Shown: one piece after another, positions 47,239-58,400 of the stretch
Layout: every line of letters starts with the position of its first letter
Position numbering within the stretch: the stretch's first letter is position 1
IMG/VR virus record: IMGVR_UViG_3300021133_000001
Location: 32,001 to 96,000 of that record
DNA length: 64,000 bases
Reading direction: 5' to 3' (one strand)
DNA from: a virus
Lineage: Duplodnaviria > Caudoviricetes
Program-made: the position numbers and the translations under genes
Notes under the pieces: model-generated
The model's database searches: none
Seen by the model: the letters and a program-made list of their open reading frames with translations, nothing else
What the model was told of the DNA's origin: nothing

Positions 47239-48084
47239 TTATACTACCTTATCTGGAAAGCATTTTTTAGCATCATCATGCAATAATTGTATATTTTGCA
47301 TGGTGGTAAACTCTTTAAAATGCTCAATAATTGGAGTAACATCTAAACCAAGCTCTATATGCCCTATAAAATAGTTTCTAATTTTATTCTCTAAAGTAAG
47401 CGGATATTTTACACCATTAGGTCTGCCAAATCTATGCATCCATCTCAAAAAAGGTAAACATAAAGTTTTTTTACCAGCTCGGCGATATTTCTCATGTATG
47501 TAACCTTCTTCCCCACCAAAACCTCTAAAATTTGGATTGAAGCCTAGCCAACTATCTTTTCTACAAGCAAATAGCCCTAAACCCTGCGCGGGTATCTCAA
47601 ATGGTTCATTGTTAAGGTTTTTAGCACGTTCATTTGTTGCCCATATACCCCACATTTGGCTTCTCCACACTAAATCAAACTGAGTGGCTATATTTTTTAA
47701 ATCATCATATAACATTGGGCCCTGTAACAAATTACCGCTATCTTTACTTTGATCAAAAAAATCAATTAATTTTTTTATTGCGCCTGACTCTAATAATATA
47801 TGGCAATCAATACACATTACGTAAGGAGTAGTTGCAAGCTCGAATATTTTTGTTCTTATAGCAGTACTGTTATATTCAGTAAATGGTACATATGTAACTA
47901 ATTGCGGAAAAGAATATGTTAGGTTTTTAACCGCGGTACCATGAGAACTATTCGGGTTGTTATCTATTATTATAAATTCAATATCATTTAAAACTTCTGA
48001 ATGATACATACGTATAGCTTGTATAGTAAAGTATACTCCATCATAATCATCATATGTAGTAAAACCTATAGTGAGTTTTTTCAT
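47239..48084 (-). CDS. Glycosyltransferase resembling polypeptide GalNAc-transferases (GT2/GT27-like)
   Basis: IIIDNN, MCIDCH (DxH), GLGLFACRK...FRGFGGEE. Confidence 0.75.
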   Translation of the reverse strand: MKKLTIGFTTYDDYDGVYFTIQAIRMYHSEVLNDIEFIIIDNNPNSSHGTAVKNLTYSFPQLVTYVPFTEYNSTAIRTKIFELATTPYVMCIDCHILLESGAIKKLIDFFDQSKDSGNLLQGPMLYDDLKNIATQFDLVWRSQMWGIWATNERAKNLNNEPFEIPAQGLGLFACRKDSWLGFNPNFRGFGGEEGYIHEKYRRAGKKTLCLPFLRWMHRFGRPNGVKYPLTLENKIRNYFIGHIELGLDVTPIIEHFKEFTTMQNIQLLHDDAKKCFPDKVV

Positions 48085-48129
48085 TCTTAATTATAACTTA
48101 TTATTAGTAATGAATTAAGCCAATATAGC

Positions 48130-48354
48130 TTAGCTGCGTAACTCTATCGTATCAGTGTCTTTTACGGTTAAATAAGTTTTATCCGGAGATAAAATAACGT
48201 TTAGTATGTTATCTTTCTCTGTATAGGTAATTCCTGAAATTACAGTACTTGTACTATCTCTAACTATATAAAGTTTACTAGTAGAACCTTTAACCAAACT
48301 GCTTTTAAGAGCAGTTATAATAGCGTCTTTAGTTTTATCAATCGTAGTTGTCAT
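48130..48354 (-). CDS. Small hypothetical protein
   Basis: 74-aa ORF between adhesin and glycosyltransferase. Confidence 0.6.
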   Translation of the reverse strand: MTTTIDKTKDAIITALKSSLVKGSTSKLYIVRDSTSTVISGITYTEKDNILNVILSPDKTYLTVKDTDTIELRS

Positions 48355-48365
48355 TTTTTTATATA

Positions 48366-49799
48366 TTAACAGGAGCCGGTAGAACCATATGAAACTGAAC
48401 CTTGTAATATGCTAGCGCTATTATCAGCTGCACAACCATTAAATGTAAATGGACCGCCTTGAGAATCAAAGTAGTATTGTGCACTACCGCCACATGGGGT
48501 CCAGTAGAACTCTACTTCATAATCGTCGCTATCATAGTTGTAAGTAGAATCCACACTTATCGTTAAACATGTCGAAGGCGGTGGTGTTGATGTAGTGGTG
48601 GTTGTCGTAGTGGTGGCGGCATTTACGGTTACATATATACTACCACTGCTTGTAATAGATGTATTTTCAGCAAGTCTGACATAACAAGTCCAAGTACCTG
48701 CATTATTTGTTTCAACAGGGTTCCAAACAAATTGATGTTGATTTGCATTTATGTTGCCTGTTTGCCAACCAGTTATATTACCGCCGTTTTGATACCAATC
48801 AAATTGTGGGGTATAACCATCTGTGTGAGAAACTGTGCAACGTATTGCATATGGACCGACACCAGCTGTATAGGTAGGGTTACCAGACTGCCAGTTACTA
48901 CCATCAAAGTATTCCATAGCTGTAACTGAAATAACAGGTGGTGGGGGTGTAGTTGTGGTCGTAGTAGTAGTTGTGGTAGTAGTTGTTGTAGTAGTAGTTG
49001 TTGTGGTTGTTACTGCAACGAAATTAGCTGTAATTGTACCGTTACCAGTAAGTGTTACTCCGGAAGTTGCATTATTTGGACTTGCTATAGAAACTCCACC
49101 AGTGCTCGTCCAATTACTAAATACATAACCTGTACCTGCAGTAGCATGAATAATATTTGGCCCAGTTTCTGACTGATTAGATGTGTTATTACATTGAGTA
49201 CCGTTTATACAAGCTGTTGAAGAACCGCCACCGTTTGCAGCTACCATAGTAATACTATATGTAGCAGGCGTGGTTGTAGTAGTGGTAGTGCTACCAGCAT
49301 AATTAGCTGTCAAAGTAACTGGCCCGCCATTAATGGTTACGTTTGTTGAGGTACTGGAAGCATTAGCAAAAGTAGCATCTCCAGAAGGAGTAGCTGTCCA
49401 ACCTGTAAATGTACCTGTACCGGTTGCAACTAATGAACCTACGTGACCGACTTGTACACCAAGTATAAATGTACTACCGTCCATAGTACCGTTAACGACA
49501 GTTACAGAATACAAAGGCGGGTTAGTAGTGGTAGTTGAAGTAGTGGTAGTTGTAGAAGTAGTGGTAGTTGTAGAAGTAGTGGTAGTTGCATTAATATCTT
49601 TAAAAACATACCTCATATCAGTACCACCCACTTTATAACCTGTGTTATAGCCTAAATCTCCACCACCAGCTGTTTCATATCTTTGAGCAAAATCCTGACC
49701 GTTTACTTTATAACCAGTATTAGACCCAGCAGTCCCTACTCTTGCCATAAAAACACTGTCAAGATCAGTACCGTTGGAAAGTTTGTAGTTCGAGGCCAT
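48366..49799 (-). CDS. Putative fibre-tip adhesin: triple-repeat N-domain, poly-Thr linkers, InlB-B/Ig-like domains, Cys-rich tip
   Basis: Coupled (TAATG) to S74 fibre; four Thr tracts; FTGW/FSNW...TANY/F repeats. Confidence 0.65.
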   Translation of the reverse strand: MASNYKLSNGTDLDSVFMARVGTAGSNTGYKVNGQDFAQRYETAGGGDLGYNTGYKVGGTDMRYVFKDINATTTTSTTTTTSTTTTTSTTTTNPPLYSVTVVNGTMDGSTFILGVQVGHVGSLVATGTGTFTGWTATPSGDATFANASSTSTNVTINGGPVTLTANYAGSTTTTTTTPATYSITMVAANGGGSSTACINGTQCNNTSNQSETGPNIIHATAGTGYVFSNWTSTGGVSIASPNNATSGVTLTGNGTITANFVAVTTTTTTTTTTTTTTTTTTTTTPPPPVISVTAMEYFDGSNWQSGNPTYTAGVGPYAIRCTVSHTDGYTPQFDWYQNGGNITGWQTGNINANQHQFVWNPVETNNAGTWTCYVRLAENTSITSSGSIYVTVNAATTTTTTTTSTPPPSTCLTISVDSTYNYDSDDYEVEFYWTPCGGSAQYYFDSQGGPFTFNGCAADNSASILQGSVSYGSTGSC

Positions 49800-52700
49800 T
49801 ATCTAGCTTCAAGTACTTTAACTCTTTCATTTAATGTCTTAACCGCTTCAATTAATAGCGCTGTAAGACGGCCGTAATCAACACCTGTAGCTTCTCCTGT
49901 ATAAACATCTTTACTTACTACTGTAGGTAATACTTCGTTTACGTCTTCAGCAATTAAACCAATATCATTTACCACATCTTTATTATTCCAATCAAAAGTG
50001 ACGCCTTGTAATTTTGTTACAGTTTCAATTGCACTTACAATAGGTGATATATTAGTTTTCCATTTACGAGAAGAGCTTGTATTATATGTACCTGCTGTAA
50101 CTGTTCCTGCTACGTTTAAATTACCTGCATTACTACCATTTCCATTGTTTTGTATATCAACTAGACCGTCATAGTTGATTTTCATTCTGATTGTGTTTGC
50201 ACCACCACCTAAATCCGGACCAGTAGCAAATCTTATGTAACCGCCAGAGGCAGCACCTGCATTAAGACTTAATACGCCCGGTACAACACTACTATTACCT
50301 GCAAAGTCAATTTGCGCGCCATTACTAATACCGTTGCTTTGACCACCTGTGACTGTTAATACCCCGCTATTATTTATATAACGTAAACCTACATAAGAAC
50401 TTACTATAACGCCGTCATCTGTTTGTATACCGTGTATAGATAGGTTACTACCATCCCATCGCATATAACTACTAGAGTTACCGATATCAAACTTAGCTGT
50501 ACCGCTAACATCTCCTAACCAGAAACCAGTACCAGAACCGTAACTTGATTTACCTTGATATACTGCATTTCCACTATTATTAGCTATAGCAACACTACCA
50601 TTAATAGTTAATGTAGATGTGTCCCAAGTTAAGTTGCTACCTAATGAGAATTTACCAGTATTTTCAGCATAGAAACCAGCAACTCCATAGCCACCGGAAC
50701 CAGCCATTAAATATGTACTTGCTATTGTAATGCCACCTACTGAACCGCCAGTTAGACCTAAGCTCTTACCTGTTTGTCCGCTTTGTAAAGCAGAGTTAGC
50801 ATTGTTAATAGACGTTGAAGTTACTTGCGTACTACCACCAACATAAATCGTGCCTTTTACTGTTAAAGTTGAACCATCCCAGTATATTGAATTTGCACCA
50901 GTACCGTTAAATGCAAAAGTACCATCATTCTTTATATATGTGTTAAATGCACCGCTAGTATAATAACCCATATAGGTTTGACCTAAAAATAAACCGCTAC
51001 CAGAAGGAGCTGCATCAATTACTAGCTTACCGTTACTATCGGTCTTTACTTTACCGGATAATGTGGATACGTTACTATTAGCTGTATTAGCAGTACCTAA
51101 AGCTGTACTTGCATTACTATTAGCTGTACTTGCGTTACTATTAGCTGTAGCAATGTCTGTAGCAGCTTGACCTCCAGTTATATTAATAGCACCATTAATA
51201 GTTAAGTAACCGTTTGCCCAGGTTAAGGAATCTCCGTTAGGACCAGATAGGTAAAAGTTACCATTATTGGCCATATACGTTTTCCATGCACTACCATTAT
51301 AATAACCTAAATTATTAGAGCCTAAATATAAACCTGCAGTGCTTGGACTTGGAGTTTTTACGATAGCACCTGTACTATCAGTGAATACTGCAGAAGCCGT
51401 TGGTGAAACCGCGTTATTAGCAATAGTTGTAGCGGTTGATGTACTTACTGCAGCAGAACCGTCTGTTAAATATAAGCTACCTTTAAGTGTCAAGCTAGAA
51501 CCATCCCACCATAAATAGTTTCCTGTAGCACTAAGTGTATAACTACTTGTTAAGCCTGTACTACCTAATAACATATTAAATGTAGGGGTAGAAGTACCAG
51601 CTTTTTTGTACCATTTAAATGAATCGCCTAGATAAAGTACTGCTTGACTTACATTTGAACGATCTGAAGCAGCTGTAGTACCATTTAAAAAGAATGGAGT
51701 ATCTGCTGTACCAGCTGCACTTGGAACACCGGTATATAATGTATTTTGATACATACCCACACCAGCAATAGAGCCGTATGTAGCAGTAATACCACCAGAT
51801 ACGTTCATGTAGTTTGTTCCGCCTGCTCTAAAATACTTTAAGGTATTACCTAATGTAAAATAAGTACGATCTGAAGTGCCGTTGTCGTAGGAACCGTTTA
51901 AATAGAATGGTGTGTCAGCAGAACCAGCAGCTGAAGCAACACCTGTATATACTGCACCTGTAGCAATACCAACACCACCGATGGAACCGTATGTAGCTGT
52001 TATACCACCAGATACGTTCATATAATTTGTACCACCCACTCTAAAATATTTTAGAGTGTTACCTAAAGTCATGTATGTACGATCTGAATAACCATCATCA
52101 TATGAACCGTTAACGTAAAACGGAGTGTCTGCTGTACCAGCTGCACTTGCAACACCTGTATATATTGCACCAGCTGCAATACCAACACCACCGATGGAAC
52201 CGTATGTAGCTGTTATACCACCAGATACGTTCATATAATTTGTACCACCGGCACGGAAATACTTTAACGTATTACCTAAAGTCATATAGGTACGATCTGA
52301 ATGACCGTCATCAACTGTACCGTTTACATAAAATGGAGTATCTGCTGTACCAGCTGCACTAGCAACACCAGTATAAATAGAACCTTGTGTTAAACCAACA
52401 CCACCAATAGAACCAGCATTTGCAAATATAGTACCAGATAGTTGTAACTGACCAGTATCTCCTCTATATAAGAAACCGTTGTTTGGATAGTTACCTACAA
52501 AGAAATAAGCATTACCATCAGTGTAGTTACCCATCCACACTCCATGTGAACCGGATGTGCCTGGCCAATCTGCATTAGCTGTACGAATAAAACCAGCAGA
52601 AAGGTCCCCTACTGTACCTAATACAATACCTTGAGTAACTGATACGTCTTGTGCTAATAATAAGTCTGTAGCTACACTTGCGAAGTTTTCACCAAATGAA

Positions 52701-53395
52701 GCCCAATCAGCTGTATCTACTCCTGGTATACCCCAGCCTGTATAGCCTGAGAACGAATCGCTACTTAAAGTGGTACTTCTAGCTATATAATAATTAATTT
52801 TACCACCACCAGAATAACCTGCAACGTCAACCCGAGAAGGTGTATCGTAGTAAATGTAATTTGGACCTCTATAATAACCTGTATAAACTAAGCCAGGTCC
52901 TGGGTTACCATTATTTGCACCAGGCGGTCCTGAAAAACCTGATTTACCGCTTACACCACTAAAGCCTGAACTACCAGTAAAGCCTGAAAAACCTGAATTA
53001 CCGTTAAAACCAGAATAGCCTGTTGAACCTTGAAAACCAGAAAAGCCTGAATTGCCTTGAAAACCAGAATAGCCCGTTGAACCTTGAAAACCAGAAAAGC
53101 CTGAATTACCGTTAAAGCCAGAAAACCCTGAACTACCAGGAATACCTTGAGGTCCAGCTGCTGTACTTGCTGCACCTTGTGCACCTGTTGATCCTTGAGC
53201 GCCTGGTGCTCCAGAAAAACCAGAAATACCTGTACCACCTGGGCCTATACCTTGAGTGCTTAACCAAGCTAACGTCTGTGCCAAAGACATTCTGTATGTT
53301 TTTGGATCTGTTTCGCTCTTAGAAACTGGTATTGAAATATCCTGAGAAACTGTTCCAGTTGGAACTGGTGGTAAATCTGTAATTTTAAGAGGCAT
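49799..53395 (-). CDS. Long tail fibre with C-terminal S74 intramolecular chaperone
   Basis: N-terminal KITDLP, G-x-y repeats, 71-aa repeats, ANSNAST heptads, SSRKWKTNI...IGLIAEDV...[15 protein letters not shown]. Confidence 0.85.
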   Translation of the reverse strand: MPLKITDLPPVPTGTVSQDISIPVSKSETDPKTYRMSLAQTLAWLSTQGIGPGGTGISGFSGAPGAQGSTGAQGAASTAAGPQGIPGSSGFSGFNGNSGFSGFQGSTGYSGFQGNSGFSGFQGSTGYSGFNGNSGFSGFTGSSGFSGVSGKSGFSGPPGANNGNPGPGLVYTGYYRGPNYIYYDTPSRVDVAGYSGGGKINYYIARSTTLSSDSFSGYTGWGIPGVDTADWASFGENFASVATDLLLAQDVSVTQGIVLGTVGDLSAGFIRTANADWPGTSGSHGVWMGNYTDGNAYFFVGNYPNNGFLYRGDTGQLQLSGTIFANAGSIGGVGLTQGSIYTGVASAAGTADTPFYVNGTVDDGHSDRTYMTLGNTLKYFRAGGTNYMNVSGGITATYGSIGGVGIAAGAIYTGVASAAGTADTPFYVNGSYDDGYSDRTYMTLGNTLKYFRVGGTNYMNVSGGITATYGSIGGVGIATGAVYTGVASAAGSADTPFYLNGSYDNGTSDRTYFTLGNTLKYFRAGGTNYMNVSGGITATYGSIAGVGMYQNTLYTGVPSAAGTADTPFFLNGTTAASDRSNVSQAVLYLGDSFKWYKKAGTSTPTFNMLLGSTGLTSSYTLSATGNYLWWDGSSLTLKGSLYLTDGSAAVSTSTATTIANNAVSPTASAVFTDSTGAIVKTPSPSTAGLYLGSNNLGYYNGSAWKTYMANNGNFYLSGPNGDSLTWANGYLTINGAINITGGQAATDIATANSNASTANSNASTALGTANTANSNVSTLSGKVKTDSNGKLVIDAAPSGSGLFLGQTYMGYYTSGAFNTYIKNDGTFAFNGTGANSIYWDGSTLTVKGTIYVGGSTQVTSTSINNANSALQSGQTGKSLGLTGGSVGGITIASTYLMAGSGGYGVAGFYAENTGKFSLGSNLTWDTSTLTINGSVAIANNSGNAVYQGKSSYGSGTGFWLGDVSGTAKFDIGNSSSYMRWDGSNLSIHGIQTDDGVIVSSYVGLRYINNSGVLTVTGGQSNGISNGAQIDFAGNSSVVPGVLSLNAGAASGGYIRFATGPDLGGGANTIRMKINYDGLVDIQNNGNGSNAGNLNVAGTVTAGTYNTSSSRKWKTNISPIVSAIETVTKLQGVTFDWNNKDVVNDIGLIAEDVNEVLPTVVSKDVYTGEATGVDYGRLTALLIEAVKTLNERVKVLEAR
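51690..52415 (-). repeat. Tandem 213-nt (71-aa) repeats in the tail fibre (boundaries approximate)
   Basis: Three full units plus a partial one, GSIGGVG...TADTPFY...YFRAGGTNYMNVSGGITATY; 74-nt exact match 51963-52036 vs 52176-52249. Confidence 0.9.
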
Positions 53396-53426
53396 TGTTA
53401 ATATTATTTAGTTGTTATGTATAGTA

Positions 53427-53897
53427 CTATCCATTATAATTTAACAGTAAATAGTTCGGGTTTTTCGTTTCTAAAGCTATTATTTGACTGTTATCTGGAC
53501 CCCAAGCTTTCATTTTAACTAAGTGTACTTCCTCAAAAGCATAAGGTTCAGCATTTGCAATAGGATTTTTAGTAAACTTAGGTAAAACATTAGTTACTGT
53601 GAAGGAATATATATAAGGATCGTAATGATCTGGACCTACATAAGCAGATATGCTAATAGTTAATGGAGAGTTACTATTAGGCACAGTATATACAAAATCT
53701 GATCTACAATCATCACCACTGTAATTAGAAGAAACAAATGTATTAACTTTTGTTACTACTTTATCAGGAAAATGATATATAACTTTACTTAAAAACTGAG
53801 AACCTGTTAGCGGTACAAATATAGGTTGAAACGTTATAGTTAAAGGTGTATAACCTGAAACCGATGAAGTACTGTCAAATTGGTAATTAATATTCAT
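53427..53897 (-). CDS. Hypothetical virion protein (PKD-like start)
   Basis: SGYTPLTITF; in tail operon. Confidence 0.65.
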   Translation of the reverse strand: MNINYQFDSTSSVSGYTPLTITFQPIFVPLTGSQFLSKVIYHFPDKVVTKVNTFVSSNYSGDDCRSDFVYTVPNSNSPLTISISAYVGPDHYDPYIYSFTVTNVLPKFTKNPIANAEPYAFEEVHLVKMKAWGPDNSQIIALETKNPNYLLLNYNG

Positions 53898-53954
53898 ATT
53901 ATACGGCTACAATGTTGTGGTAATTAATATTCATATTATACGGCTACAATGTTG
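53881..53954. repeat. Perfect 37-bp tandem duplication across a gene junction
   Basis: TGGTAATTAATATTCATATTATACGGCTACAATGTTG at 53881-53917 and 53918-53954. Confidence 0.95.
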
Positions 53955-55495
53955 TTTCCTGTATCTGTTACAATTGGTACTACTGCTTCATTTACTAAAA
54001 CTTTACCTAGAGTTGCTTCTTTAGTATTGTAGCTTATAATCTTGAAATTTTGATTGGTGTAAGCTACAAAATCTATAATATATGAAGTAGTGTCTTGATT
54101 ATACGAAATGAGAGGTGGTTCAATATAAGTTAATAACTCTTGATCTAGGTTAACCGAACTAATACCTCTATTATAAAAAAAATAGCTATAATCTGTATTG
54201 TTAGTAGGGAATATTCTTACTCGTTTACCAGGATGATTAATATCGTACTGATATAACACAGGAACTACTAAAGCAGAAGCAGAATTGGTAGTAGCAACGG
54301 CAGCTGATAACAATAAACAAGAAGTTATCTTTTTATTTGTTTCATCATACCAATTACCACCATAATACACAGCAGCTGTATCGTTAATTTTAATACCAGT
54401 TAAAGAAGCACTTGAAAGTATACGAGTAGAAACGTTTTGATGATAATCTAACGTTAAAAAGTCTTGATTGGTTGTAATGATTTGACCGGTTGTGTAGTCA
54501 AAGTTAATCTTCTCAAATATGGTGTAACCGCTTAACTCAAATACTAATGTATCAAAAAATACCTCAAAGTTTTTAATGTTATTGGCAGATAACTGAGCAT
54601 ATATAGCATGTTCATTGATATGCTTGTTATATATTGCAGAAAGTATATCGGTAGCAGTATAAACTATACCATCAACTGTTTTTACCCATAACTCTCCATA
54701 TGCATTTTGCATATTATAAATAGTGCGGTCTCCAGTAGGTAATTTATATAATGCATATTGATTACCATACACATCTGTTTGCCAGCTGTATAGCTCTTTA
54801 TTAGAATTAATTAAAAGCTTACTAACACGAGTATCAATATCAAAATACCGTAACCAATCTTCTTCAGTAAATTTGTTTGTAGTTAACCAGATGTTTTTCT
54901 GATCTCCAGTCCAAAATTCGTAATCATTATGTACATCGGTAACACCATTACTGTCTAGTTTGGTTGTTTCAAAGTTAGATTGGTAAGGAATGAATTTTTG
55001 ATAAGTATCTGAACCGACTACTTGACCGTCAAAAGCAGTACCAGTATTAGAGGCTTTTAACCAACTTAAATTCTGCAAATGAGTTATAATATTATCTTGA
55101 TCATTTTCAGTTAAGCCTCTACCTTTGTTAAATTTGTTTGGATCTACATACCTATATGTATTACCAGGTGTAATTTCGTTAATGTTAATTAACGGTGTTA
55201 AATTTTTAGCTAAATAAGTAGAAACACCTAAATTATTAGGAGTAAAATAACCACCTAGCTCGGCTTTTGTCTTAATGTTGTTACCGCTTTGTGGTAATGT
55301 AGCAACTGTAGGATAGTATCTATTAGCTAAGTTGCTCCAAGGTGCAAGAGGTGTTATCTCAGCACCAATATATCCAGTAGTCGTACCAGATAGTACATAT
55401 TCTTTATTACCTAAATACTTTTGAGATAATGTTACTAACTGAGCATCAATTTGCCCAGAAGTTGTGTTTACATCGACTTGTGTTGCAGATAGCAT
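53936..55495 (-). CDS. Hypothetical virion/tail protein
   Basis: 519 aa, in fibre operon, LS[AG]-rich. Confidence 0.75.
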   Translation of the reverse strand: MLSATQVDVNTTSGQIDAQLVTLSQKYLGNKEYVLSGTTTGYIGAEITPLAPWSNLANRYYPTVATLPQSGNNIKTKAELGGYFTPNNLGVSTYLAKNLTPLININEITPGNTYRYVDPNKFNKGRGLTENDQDNIITHLQNLSWLKASNTGTAFDGQVVGSDTYQKFIPYQSNFETTKLDSNGVTDVHNDYEFWTGDQKNIWLTTNKFTEEDWLRYFDIDTRVSKLLINSNKELYSWQTDVYGNQYALYKLPTGDRTIYNMQNAYGELWVKTVDGIVYTATDILSAIYNKHINEHAIYAQLSANNIKNFEVFFDTLVFELSGYTIFEKINFDYTTGQIITTNQDFLTLDYHQNVSTRILSSASLTGIKINDTAAVYYGGNWYDETNKKITSCLLLSAAVATTNSASALVVPVLYQYDINHPGKRVRIFPTNNTDYSYFFYNRGISSVNLDQELLTYIEPPLISYNQDTTSYIIDFVAYTNQNFKIISYNTKEATLGKVLVNEAVVPIVTDTGNNIVAV

Positions 55496-55498
55496 TTA

Positions 55499-58400
55499 TT
55501 AACTTGCTGATAAGGATTGTTTTAGTGTATTTACTTCAGCTTTAAGCTCTTTCACGGCTTCAATTAATAATGCTGTTAAACGAGTATAATCAATACCTAC
55601 GCAAACTTCTCCTGCACTTGTAGCACTTGTTGATACTACTTGTGGTAGTACTAATTTTACATCTTCTGCAATAAGACCTATATTATTAGTATCAGATACA
55701 TCATATGAACTATCATACATTACACCTGATAGCTGTTCAGTAACTGTTAAAGCATTGCCTATTGTGGTTGTTAAAGGTCTAATATTGGTTTTGTATCTCT
55801 TAGATGAAGTAGTAGTATATGATACAGCAGTAACATCTCCGCTTGAAGCTAAAGTAATGTGTACACCCGCTCCTGACCCTGTACCAAAGTAAGCAGTGTT
55901 TGTGAATAGAGATATGTTGTTTTGAGTTAAACCACCAGCATTAGTAATACCAGCTGCACCTATATAAGCACCGTAACCGCTAACATTACCACTACCATCT
56001 ATACCATAACCGGTAGAAGCAATACCTAAACCACCCGGGCTAGTATTAACACCAGCAAAGTTTACATATGAATTTGTGTTTAAGGTTTGGTTTGCAGTAA
56101 TTCCTTGAGCACCGGTAGCGCCTTGTGCACCAGTAGAACCCTTACTACCTTGAGCACCAGAAGCTCCTTGAGCTCCAGTTGCACCTTGAGCTCCGGTAGC
56201 GCCTTGTGGTCCGGCACCCTGAGCACCCTGAGCACCTTGAGCACCCTGAGCACCTTGTGCGCCTGTAGCTCCTGTAGAGCCTTTTAATCCAGAATAGCCT
56301 GAATAACCTGAAGCACCTTGTGTGCCTGTAGCGCCTTGTACTCCGTTGACACCAGAATAGCCAGAATAACCAGAAGCACCTTGTGCTCCTGTAGCTCCTT
56401 GAGGCCCGGTACCTTGAGCTCCGGTCGCGCCTTGTGCACCCTGTGCACCTTGTAGACCTGTAAAACCTTGAGGTCCTACTGGACCGGAGTAACCAGAATA
56501 ACCACTTGTACCTGTAGTACCTTGTGCACCTATAGCGCCTTGTGCTCCGTTAATACCTGAAAAACCCGATATACCACTAAAACCGCTTATACCAGTAAAG
56601 CCTGAAATACCAGTAAAACCAGAATAACCTGAAATACCGCTAAAGCCGCTAGTACCGCTGAAACCAGAATAACCAGAAATACCACTGAAACCAGAAAAAC
56701 TTGAATAACCACTATATCCTGATATACCAGATGTTCCAGATATACCGCTAAAACCACTTATACCGGTATAACCTGAATAACCAGAATTACCTTGTGCGCC
56801 TGTAGCTCCTTGTACTCCGTTAATACCTGAATAACCAGAAACACCTGAAGCTCCTTGCGCGCCTTGCGGTCCAGTACCTTGAGCGCCAGTAGCGCCTTGT
56901 GCACCTACAGGCCCACTGTAACCACTATAACCAGAAGTACTATTACCACTAAAACCAGAATAACCAGAACTGCCTTGAGCGCCTTGTGGGCTACCTGCAG
57001 CACCTTGTGGTCCTTGATTACCTACAAAACCTTGAGGTCCTTGAGGGCCGGAAAAACCAGAATAACCAGAAATACCTGAAGTTCCTTGTGCGCCAGTAGC
57101 GCCTTGAGCACCTTGTACGCCCATAATACCTACACTACCTTGAGTACCCTGTACACCTTGAGCGCCTACTGCACCGGAAAAACCAGAATAACCAGAAGTA
57201 CCAGCATTACCTTGCGCACCTACAGAACCGACCGAACCTTGTGCACCTGTTGCTCCTTGAGTTCCCTGTGGACCAGTAGCTCCTGTTGAACCTTGTCCGC
57301 CAGTAGCACCTTGAGCTCCTTGAGCACCTTGTGCGCCAATAAAACCTTGTACACCAGACAATCCTGAGTAACCCGAGTAACCAGATGTACCGGAAGCACC
57401 TTGAGCACCCTGTGAACCTTGATTACCTTGAGCTCCTGTAGAGCCGTTTATACCTGAATAACCAGAAGGACCGACAACACCTTGTGCACCTTGAGCTCCT
57501 GTAGAGCCTTTAGCACCAGAGTAGCCAGAAACCCCTGAACCACTAAAACCAGAAATACCGGTATAACCAGAAATACCTGAAAAACCACTATAGCCTGAAA
57601 TACCACTAAGACCTTGTGCGCCGATTTGGCCACTAATACCGCTAAACCCGGAAATACCGGAAGTACCACTATAGCCAGATATACCACTAAACCCACTTAT
57701 ACCGCTAAAGCCTGATTGACCGCTAGCTCCAACAGCACCACTAAAACCCGATGTACCGCTAAAGCCTGATTGACCGGAATAACCTGAAAAACCAGATAAA
57801 CCTAAACCACTAAAGCCTGATACACCGCTAAAACCCGATGTACCGCTAAAGCCTGAAAAACTTGAATAACCTGAATAGCCAGAACCACCTATACCACTAA
57901 AGCCTGAAAAGCCAGAAGCACCGGAAACACCTTGACCGATAGGTGTACGTATTACTGTATATACTGAGCTACCATTATATTGATAGGAAGCTGAAACAGG
58001 CGTGGAACTTGATGTATATGCTGCAATCTGTAACAAGATACGATCAGTAGCAGATAAAATAGTTACATTATTTGATACAGCCCCTACTTTTTGAAATGTT
58101 GATACTGTATCTGTTACTACACCAGAATCTGCACTTAAGATAAATGCACTTGTGGCACTAGTTGCCATTGAATATGTATAGACACTGAATACAAAATTAA
58201 CTGGGCCACCTAGAGCGTAACGGTAAAATTCAATATCCCATAATCCAGCTGGTATTTCTACTACACCAGGCTCTCCAGGAGGTGTTAAATACCAACCAAA
58301 TGCACTAATACCGTTTGTATTAGTAATTACAACTTGGTCATCATTTACAGTTGTACCGCCGCCACCTGGCTGTAAAGCCATTACTTCAAACACTGCAGGG

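Noticed and set aside
51690-52415. Diversity-generating retroelement TR/VR pair
   Set aside because: Repeats are in-frame tandem units with no evident adenine-specific differences, and no reverse transcriptase is in the window.
53881-53954. CRISPR mini-array (37-bp repeats)
   Set aside because: Copies are directly adjacent with no spacer and consist of coding junction sequence; no cas genes.
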